DNA from: Octopus sinensis
Taxonomy: Eukaryota
Assembly (NCBI RefSeq): GCF_006345805.1
Contig: NC_042998.1
Span: forward strand, 65,658,001-65,722,000
DNA length: 64,000 bases
Direction of reading: 5' to 3'
This document shows positions 54,190 through 64,000 of the stretch, in pieces (position 1 is the stretch's first letter; every line of letters begins with the position of its first letter). The position numbers and the translations under genes were made by a program. The notes under the pieces were generated by a model, which was given only the letters and a program-made list of their open reading frames with translations, was not told the DNA's origin and made no database searches.

Positions 54190-55167
54190 ATTATGAATTG
54201 AAATGGATATTTATAATGGATTAGATGGAACGGCTTACGAGTCCCCCAAAACTCACAGTTTCATTTAAAATACAGTTTTACAATTTACAATTTTACAATT
54301 ACATATATTACTCTGCTACGTCGGGCGCTCGTCTGTAATGTCTGGTTTTTCATCTGTTATATACTCTATTAAGCTCTCCTGATCCACAATAGCTGGTAAT
54401 GTGTCATAACGTATATATAACCATTCACATACACTATAATCATACATCATTTTCTTCACTGTCTCTTTTTCCACGATTACCGCCTTCCACAGGTCACTAT
54501 ATATTTCTGGGTTCAACTTTACTCTAATTAAGCCTTTCCTACCTGCCAACATCTTTTCCGTATTTTTGTCCTTGTCGTATTACATTACCACTCTGTGTTT
54601 CTTCCCTTTGGGTCTTCCTCCTCTCTTACAAATTTTCATCTGCTCTTCCTTTCTTCTGTCCCATTCTTCCTCTGCTGTTAGTTTTACCGTTTCACTCACA
54701 TCCGCTTTTATATCCTCTTGGCCCGTTCGGTTTTCCTTCTCGTTAGTAATCTTGTTTATCGCTTTTTTCTTCTTCTTTTTTTTTTTTTGTTCTTTGGGTG
54801 GTGATTCCACCCGCGTTCTTTTTCTATTTTCTTTCTCCAACTCTTCACCACTTTCCACATTATCTGTAGTGACGATTTCCTCCTCCACACACGCATCTTG
54901 CAACACATTCGTTAAAGTCTCCAGTGCTATCGTTTTCTCCTGCACTTCTCCCAGTGGACACACATCCTTCATGTGGCATCTTTTTTTGCATTTGTAACAC
55001 ACTGGGGGTCTCCCCTCCACCACGACTCTGAGACGTGTCTCGTCGGGGAACGCCAACTCCTCCGGGATGTTATACAGGTCAGGCATTGTAATGTGGACTA
55101 ACGCCTGCACTGCATAACCCCACCACTTTACATCTTTTGATTTTTCGACTTTCAATATTTCCACGGC
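54190..55167 (-). mobile_element. LINE ORF1/gag-like element with CCHC knuckle and no ORF2 before its apparent 3' end
   Basis: [23 protein letters not shown] (CX2CX4HX4C, 54958-54999). One frame from 55167 to 54316 with a single TAA at 54580-54582. About 130 bp of AT-rich trailer follows. Confidence 0.65.
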
Positions 55168-55249
55168 ATATATATATATAGGAATGTATATATGCATATG
55201 TATATATATATATGTATATATATATATATGCATACGTATGTATATATGC

Positions 55250-55311
<62 letters not shown>

Positions 55312-56180
55312 TATATATGCATATGTATATATATATATGCATATGTATATATTTTATGTATATATGTATGTGTGTGTGTGTAAGAAAGTTTATTTGCCAA
55401 TATAGCGTGGTAGTCCTGCATAGGCCTATGGTTAGTATATTATAACCCCAAGAGACAATCTTTACCCGCTGGATATCAACATATAATGGATGTTGGAGAC
55501 ATACTGTGGGTTTAGGATCTTATCGCTTCCATCTAGCTGTTAGCAGTACCAGCAGGCCATTGATTTACGAGTAATCTTCCTCGTCGGTACTGTACAACTA
55601 TCAGGTTAGAGACAGCGGCCATTCGACCTTGTACATAGTATATAATTATAGAAGCGACAGACAATCGCTGATCCCGTAAGAGGAAAACAACTAGTTTGAA
55701 ATCTCTGAATGAGATCTATGTAGTAACAGTACTAAACAGTAAAGTCTATTTGCCAACATAGCGTAGTAGTCTTGGCTAGGACTATTTTACTAATTTTTAA
55801 CCCCTAGAAAACATGTATATAGTAAGCAAACTCACAAGCACCTCATCACACGTTATTCTCTAGCATTATTAATAATTATCAATGCTACCTGCTTAATAAT
55901 AATTGTTATATACAGTAGATGTAACAAATTATATATGCATTTCTTATCGATAGCCTCTAACACTATTGAATTCTGTGCATTGAAACAAGATGATCCACAT
56001 TTTTTATATTATTGAATCTTGTAAACATGCTTTTGAACTTTGCAATTTTTACCATTGATAAACAAAATAAATCTATTTAAATAGATTTAAATATATCTAT
56101 TTAAATAGATAAATATATCTATTTAAAAACAATTAGAAGTTTTCAAATTCATGTGCATTTTCAGCAAAAAATGTTCCTCT

Positions 56181-56343
56181 ATAAGCGCAGAAGTGGCTGT
56201 GTGGCAAGTAGTTTGCTTAGCAACCATATGTTTCCGGGTTTAATCACACTGCGCAGCACCTTGGACAACAGTCTTTTAGTGTAGCCTCGGGCCGACCAAA
56301 TCTTGTGAGTGGAATCGATAGACGGAAACTGAAAGAAGCCCAT

Positions 56344-56397
<54 letters not shown>

Positions 56398-56637
56398 TGT
56401 TTCTTTCTCTGTGTGTCTGTGTATGTGTTTGTGTATGTTTTTGTGTGTCAGTGTTTGTCCCCACCATCACTTGACAACCCATGCTAGTGTATCTATGTCA
56501 CCGTCACTTAGCAGTTCGGGAAAAAGAGGACGATAAAAGAACTACTAGGCTTACAAATAATACTACGAGTGATTAGTTCCAATAAAGTCGGTGCTCCTGC
56601 ATGGCCACATTCAAATGACTGAAATAAGTAAGAATAA
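56181..56637 (+). mobile_element. SINE family A, full-length
   Basis: Complete head, (TA)(TG) core, tail. Confidence 0.9.
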
Positions 56638-56749
56638 AATAATAATTTTCCCTGCGTGGAAATACACCCGTCTCTTTTGTTATATATATATGTATATATG
56701 TGTGTTTGTTTGTCTGTGTGCATTCATTTATCGTAGGATAGACATAAAT

Positions 56750-56776
56750 AGCTAGCTAGCTAGCTAGCTAGCTAGC

Positions 56777-56872
<96 letters not shown>
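56750..56872. repeat. Compound (TAGC)n(TAGA)n microsatellite
   Basis: Seen directly. Confidence 0.95.
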
Positions 56873-58237
56873 GTTGTCACATTGATAAGTCTCTGTAGAA
56901 GCTCATGAAAACGAGCTTCCATCTCTCGTTTTGCTGTGTTTTTTGTGAAGAGATTTGATTCGCATTCGAAGACCTTAGCTCCACAGTGAATCAACAGGCT
57001 CTATGTATGCTTACTAGCCTTTGCGTAACTGAATGCGTGTTTATGATGTTGGTTCGTGAATTTAATTATAAATGACAATTTATTGAAAAATAATTATGCT
57101 GATTTTACAATATTTTAAAATCAATAATTTATATTTACCCAAATGACTTAGTATTTTATTTTCGTAGCAGCAAATAATTTATTTAATCAATTAAATTATA
57201 AATTAACGTTACCACTATTATTGTGCAGATTAAATGTTTTACGCTGTGGGTGTTGCTTTTTTAATGAATGCTTTGTTACTTTTTTTAAACTTCAAATTCG
57301 TCTCGTAGCAACTTTTACTAGTGTACTTTGACGTCAGGTTTTCTTAATCAATTGACAGAATCATAGGTGCTTCTTGTCTTATTTGTGTTGGTACATTGCC
57401 ATCATTTCAAGTGATCGAGAATTTCTGCCATTATTTCCAGCAGCAAATATCGGCAGCAATGCATCTTATTCTTGGATAGATTCTGTAATAATTCGATTCA
57501 ACCACAACATCCTAGGCATATCTTTGAAAAACTTTGGTTGTCCGTTACACTGGAGATGCTCCTTGATTTTAGTTGGATTTACCTTTGGTTAGATATTCCT
57601 GTCACGACTTGAGTGCTGTCCAATCTGGTGCAAGACAAAACTGATAGAGCTTTGGATTGATAGAAAGGTTTCTCATATATAGCAAAAGGTTAGAAAGTGG
57701 ATGACTTATTGTTTGTAGCTGAATGTTTCATAGTAAGAGTCGTTGAAATTTACATTTTAAATGTTTCACTCAAAAGGTAGTTTTGTGAAAGGCAATTCAT
57801 ATAGATATATCCAAGGCACACACGCTCGCACAAGCAGAAGTACATACACACAAATGCACACGTATGTACGCACGTGTTTATGTGTGTGTGTCTGTCTGTC
57901 TGTTCCCAATATGATTGGATTTATTACTCGAAAAGAAATTTTGGATATGAAATAATATTTCACGGTTCAACAGGTTTGTTTCAATCATTAATTTATTGTA
58001 CATAATATTAAAAGCAGAAAATGTGAGACACAGATTTCATGCGAAAATGATTATAATCTGCAGCAAATTAACACAGCTGGAATTAATTTATCAACAAATA
58101 GACAGAATTGAAGTTATACAAACAGGTAAGTTATTGATTTTTATCTAAACCAGTTTCCTAATAGTAGACATGTCTATGAAGATATATACAAACATTAGGA
58201 TTATCTAATCACCCACACATACACACACACACACACA

Positions 58238-58281
<44 letters not shown>

Positions 58282-58737
58282 GGAATCGGCGGCTTATATT
58301 TATTTGCTGCCGATAAATTTGGCGCGAGTGCGATGATTTGAAAATTTTAGGTCAGATATTGCCGAGGCAGGGACAGAAATGCCTCGTGAAAATATCTGTT
58401 CCGTTCTGGCTATTTCTTACTGACGAATCTAAGGCCTATGGAAGATTGGCTTGATTTAATTTAATCAGGTTAGTTTACCATTAAACAGTAGATGAAACGG
58501 TGCATCGTATAAGAAATTACAGGGTAAATGTTTTTTAATTTTCTCCTGGTTTGCGGAATTAATGTTATTTTGCGGTTGAAGCTTTGGCTGTTATTTCTAG
58601 TGGGTGAATGGCCTATTATGGCCGTTCCTTGATTGTGATGTTGAACTTATAAATGGTCTATGACTATTTAATTTTTTCCCACTAGGCCGCTGGTGGCAAA
58701 AAAATTCTACAAAATTTTTTTTGGCACCCTATATTGA

Positions 58738-58829
<92 letters not shown>

Positions 58830-59393
58830 TATATATACAACACAATGTCAATGTTTATTTATTTAAAATGTAAGAGGTATTTGGTGTATTTGGCGAGCAT
58901 ATCTTCCAAATAAATGCACGTACGTTATATGTACAAAACATGATTTTATTGAAGTTATAATCACACACACACACGTATATACACGTATGTATGTATGTAT
59001 GTAAGTATGTATGTATGTATGTATATATATATAAGCTTGCTCATAAGTTATAAATTATATATCAGAGAGCTGAATAGAAGTTTACATATATGCAATAATA
59101 TATCTAGGGTGAAATTATTTGATTCGCTTATAATAATGTAATAGAAAAATAAGTATTCGTTCACAGAATAAGAATTGTAGAGGTTTACATATAATTGTGC
59201 ATACGATCATAAAGTTTACTTATATGTGTGTGAGCTTGCGTGTGTGTGTATGTGTGTGCATGCGTGCATGTGGTGTGGCTGTTTGTGTGTGTGTTTCATT
59301 ATGATCACCAGTATGTATATATACATACGGATATACACATATACACGCATATATACATAAGTACATATATATATATGTAAAAACACACACACT

Positions 59394-59437
<44 letters not shown>

Positions 59438-60854
59438 AATTGGCAGAGAGAAAGGGAGAGAAAGAGGGGAGAGATGGAGTGAGATTGATAGAATGATATT
59501 TACATAGATTACTAGAAATGAATTAGTAGTGTAATTTTAAAAAAAACGTTACATTATGAATATTAGATAAATGGCAGTATCTTCAATAAAGCAATACAAA
59601 ATAACATGCATATATTAACTGAATATATGTAATTTGCTTCAAAATCTACCGAAAACTTCTACTAATATAATACTAAAATCGCATGTGTAAAGCCTCTAAA
59701 GTGCATATGGAAAATTGAAATATATACATGTTTTATTTGAATTTCATATGTTCTTATGAATTTTGAAATCAATTTGGCAGAATTTGACAAACAGAGATTA
59801 TATCATTAGAGTTTAGAAATGTGAAACATGAAACGTACATCAACAATTTTTTTTTCATACACCTCGGGCAAAATTTTAAATCAAATAGGATTTTTTCTAA
59901 TTCAAATAATATTTCATTCATTGCAACATTAAAACCTGAAATACATTAACGTGTAAACTTCCTCATCGTAGGAAAATTTCATTTTATATATTTAATTCAA
60001 CTCAGTAATAATTTGAAATGTGACAGAATATATATATAATTTTCTGAAATCTGAAGTTCAAATCTATTGATTTCCTCATTTATTACATAGATTTTGTGTA
60101 GGGATACTTTTATATTTAATACGTCTAGCTTACAATCTCTTGAACATTTGGTTAAATACTTGGACGTTATTTTTTTATTTTTAATTCGATTAAATAATCT
60201 ACCACACACAGATCACTACCCGGAGGTATGCAGTAAGTTGCACCATTCTAATGAGAGAATATTTGTTCCTTACCCAGGGGATTTTAATTCCCTCAGAATG
60301 CTAGGATGTACTTTCTCACAAACGACCCATAACGCTACTGTTTACAAAAAAAAAAAAAGATAGATCGTTCTATTGTACTGATATTTATACACTTCTGAGA
60401 GCTAAAACATATCTTGCGACATTTATTACAATGAATGATTAAGCACTAATTTCCAACTTGATTGCATTTTAAGCTTAGCCAACAATACTGTTCTGTTTCC
60501 ATTTATGTATTGTGTTTACACATCCGAGGTAGCCGTGGAATCTTCATGGAGAGAAGATTTAATATTTCATATTGGTGATACTTCGCATATTGTAATGTTT
60601 CGTGTCGTGTATACTAAGTAATATTTAGAATTAGTTTGCACGGTAATTATTTGATATGGTTGCTTTGTGGATATCGGAATTGGACAAATACAGATTTCCT
60701 CAAAGCATCCACTGAAGCACAGACTCTAAATTTCCAAATGCAATTTAAACATTCATTTCTCATTTGAATATTTAGTAAAGTTCTAATAAAGAAGATAAAC
60801 TGTGATATTTTGTTAAGTAAAATTCTATGCAATCAATTAGCAATAGATAACTCT

Positions 60855-61070
60855 TTTACTTCTTTCAGTCATCTGACTGCAGCTATGCCGGAGCACCGCC
60901 TTTTAGTCGATCGAGCAAATCGATCCCAGGACTTATTCTTTGTAAGGCTAGTACTTATTCTATCGGTCTCTTTTTCCGAACCGCTAAGTTACGGGGACGT
61001 AAACACAACACCATCGGTTGTCAAGCATTGTTGGGGGAAAGCACAAACTCACAAACATATACACACACAC

Positions 61071-61136
<66 letters not shown>

Positions 61137-61435
61137 AAGTGCCACATATTAGACGAGGTTCGTCGTAATAACAGTGTAGCACAAAACGGCGGTGCATCAG
61201 CATGGCCGCAGCTCTGAGCTGAAACTAGAAATATATATATATATATATATGTGTGTGTGTCTATGTATGCATACGACGGGCTTCGTTCAGTTTCCGTCTA
61301 CCGAATCTACTCACAAGGCTCTGGTCGGCCCGAGGCTATAGTAGAAGACATTTGCCCAAGACACCATGCAGTGGGACTTAACTCAGAACCATGTGGTTGG
61401 AAAGCAAGCTACTTACTACGTAGTCACTCGTGTGT
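60855..61435 (-). mobile_element. SINE family A with a foreign opposite-strand SINE tail (61137-61230) inside its (TA)n
   Basis: 3' half 60855-61075, 5' half 61270-61435. Insert contains GGCGGTGCATCAGCATGGCCGCAG. Confidence 0.8.
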
Positions 61436-61460
61436 ACAATTATGAATATATGTAAATATA

Positions 61461-61516
<56 letters not shown>

Positions 61517-61519
<3 letters not shown>

Positions 61520-61783
61520 CATCATCATCATTCAGCGTCCGCTTTCCATGCTGGCATCGGTTGGACGGTTCAACTGGGGTCTGGGAAGCCAGAAGGCTGC
61601 ACCAGGCCCAGTCTGATCTGGCAATGTTTCTACGGCTTGATGCCCTTCCTAACGCAAACCACTCCGTGAGTGTAGTGGGTACTTTTTACGTGCCACCGGC
61701 ACGGGGGCCAGGCGAGGCTGGTAACGGCCACGATCGGATGGTGCTTTGTACGTGCCACCGGCACGGGTGCCAGGCGAGGCTGG

Positions 61784-61785
<2 letters not shown>
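61517..61785 (-). mobile_element. 3' end of a (GAT)n-tailed retroposon (RTE-like or RTE-dependent SINE) with an internal 62-bp tandem duplication
   Basis: (ATC)n at 61517-61531, GATGCCCTTCCTAACGC motif, unit TACGTGCCACCGGCACGGG.GCCAGGCGAGGCTGG at 61687 and 61749. Confidence 0.6.
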
Positions 61786-61838
<53 letters not shown>

Positions 61839-61854
61839 ATATACACACACACAG

Positions 61855-62185
61855 AACAAAGTGTACGTACGCCTATATTTATATAAAATACGAAATGGGA
61901 CAGGAACGCAAAACATCCAGACAACTAGGTGATACAAAAAGGGACAAAAACACATCCATATAGACGATACAAGGAAAAAAGGACGGGTCATTCGGAACCT
62001 TCTATCGTCAGTCAAGAACCATATCATCCTCGCAATTTCGTCTGATTAATCTTGAGATTGCTCCAATATGGCAAGTCCCAAGGAAAAACTAAGCAAAAGC
62101 ATTAGATTCCTTGGAAGAAAGCACCGAATGTATACGAAAACAAGAACGGAAAGACAGACGCTGTTACACAAATATAAATACAATA
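61855..62185 (-). mobile_element. Probable Penelope-like 3' relic next to (TA)n
   Basis: Minus strand CTGACGA-TAGAAGGTTCC-GAATGACCCGTC at ~61980-62015, a non-canonical HHR-like motif. Confidence 0.35.
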
Positions 62186-62820
62186 AAAATAATAAAAATA
62201 CCAGGACATAACACCTGGTGTCTTTCGACTGGGGACGAATTGAATTCAGCTGGCATGTGTGGAAATGAAGGCTTACGGCAGACATACAAAATTATCACAA
62301 ACACAGGGAAGAATATCGATGTTGCACTGACCACGGTCAAACCCCAAAAAAGAGGAAGCATTCTGGCCTATCGGTCACGAGAGAAAAGAGACAGAAAAAG
62401 AGGAACGACAGAATTAATGAGGGGTGAGAGAAAGGAGAGAGTTGTAGAAGCAGATGGACAGAAGAATTAAGGAGGGGCCAGAAAAATGACAGGGGCACAG
62501 TGAAGTGATTTCACTGTATTTATATTTGTTCAAACATTTTCCTAATTCCTAAATGTTTATCTATGGTCGATGAGTGACTTGAATAGAACAGTTTTATTAA
62601 TCCTGTCGTAGGTTTCTTTGACCTTTCCTCAACGACGTTTTTCAGAGCTCAGTCTTGATATTGGTCTTCCACATTGTGGTAAATCTGTGATAGAAAAAAA
62701 GAACCCTTGTCTTGTATGTCCTGACAGGCGAGGAATCATTTCCATGGTCATAAAATGTACTTCATATAGTTTGCCGTAGGATTCGGGCCAAGTGCTTCTC
62801 TGGGATTACCCCTACCAAGA

Positions 62821-62823
<3 letters not shown>

Positions 62824-62874
<51 letters not shown>

Positions 62875-62935
62875 TTATATATATATAATATACTTATATA
62901 TATATACATATATTATATATATATATATATATATA

Positions 62936-62979
<44 letters not shown>

Positions 62980-63390
62980 CATATATTTATATATATATAT
63001 ATACATACATACATATGCATATATATATATATACATACATACATATACTTATATATATATACATACACATACTTATATATATATATACATACATATACTT
63101 ATATATATATATACATATACTTATATATATATACATACATATACATATATATATATATACACACATATTTATATATATGTTATATATATTTATATATTAT
63201 ATATACACACATATTTATATAAGTATATATATATTTATATATTATATATATACATACATATACTTATATATATATATATATATTATATATATATATATAT
63301 ATATACTTATATATATATATACATATACTTATATATATATACATATATATACACACATTTTTATATATATATATTTATATTATATCTATT

Positions 63391-63422
<32 letters not shown>
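62824..63422. repeat. ~600 bp degenerate (TA)n tract with ATAC/ACTT interruptions
   Basis: Seen directly. Many other (TA)n tracts occur throughout the window and explain the YI-rich ORFs. Confidence 0.95.
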
Positions 63423-64000
63423 CAATATACAAAAAAGGGTGAAATATAATTAATTTAATAAAATTAATAAATTTCACCTAGTAGTTTTTTTGTTATGGAA
63501 AAGACCATATTTGGTAAGAATTATATTAATTATAATAAAGGGTTAATTGCAACAAGTTTCTCAAAACCACATATCGGAAATATTAGAAATAGCTGCCAAA
63601 TAGATCACTATTTCTCCTACTAATAAAAGCGTCCCCATAAACAAACAAAATCTGTAACCCGTATATTGTAAAGAGAAAGAAAATAACGAACTCTCAGCCT
63701 ATGGATTAATTATAGAAGAACCAATTCTGGATTAGAACCGAAGGTTCATTTCCTTGTCAATATAATATTTCCTATAAATCTAGATATGCTAGGAAAAAAA
63801 GTTCCCCATTACACCGGCTCGACCAAGCGACATCGAACGATCTAACGGACTGCTAGCATCTCTACATCTATATAGACAGGCGAATTCGTATCTCCCTCCA
63901 AAATTACCACGTGAGTTACAAAAACATTACCAACGAAACGAAGTTTCGTAGATTTCTTGTAAGGGAGCAATAGTATTCAATATACAAAAAAGGGTGAAAT

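Noticed and set aside
57427-57450. Subtilase-like IFAAGNNG motif on minus
   Set aside because: Eight-residue match in a frame with flanking stops. No catalytic D/H/S motifs nearby.
58413-58500. CTGACGA with an AATCT/AGATT stem
   Set aside because: No GAAA after the stem, so the hammerhead core is incomplete.

Overview
AT-rich, microsatellite-dense eukaryotic DNA with no intact host gene that I can identify. The repeat repertoire (tRNA-derived SINE families with internal (TA)n, R4/Dong, Tx1/L1-like, CR1/L2-like and Penelope-like relics) looks like a cephalopod genome, probably Octopus. That assignment comes from pattern recognition, not a search. The window holds: a young R4/Dong RT-RLE element (1-1771); an older Dong relic; two copies of a (TATC)n-associated Tx1/L1-like family, one with an inverted segment; two tandem CR1/L2-like RT fragments; an apparent ORF1-only gag-knuckle element; a decayed mariner-type transposase; and about 15 SINE copies, including a head-to-tail trimer. 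The most striking structure is a cluster of long inverted repeats at 9.7-20.7 kb. Several carry minimal type-I hammerhead ribozyme (HHR) motifs on both strands. The pair at 16.19-16.53 kb looks fully intact, and another family has a consistently non-canonical core. Decayed coding-like stretches on the minus strand include one resembling a TNF homology domain (37.3-37.5 kb). All alignments and folds were done by eye and none was computed. Isolated frameshifts may be assembly indels.
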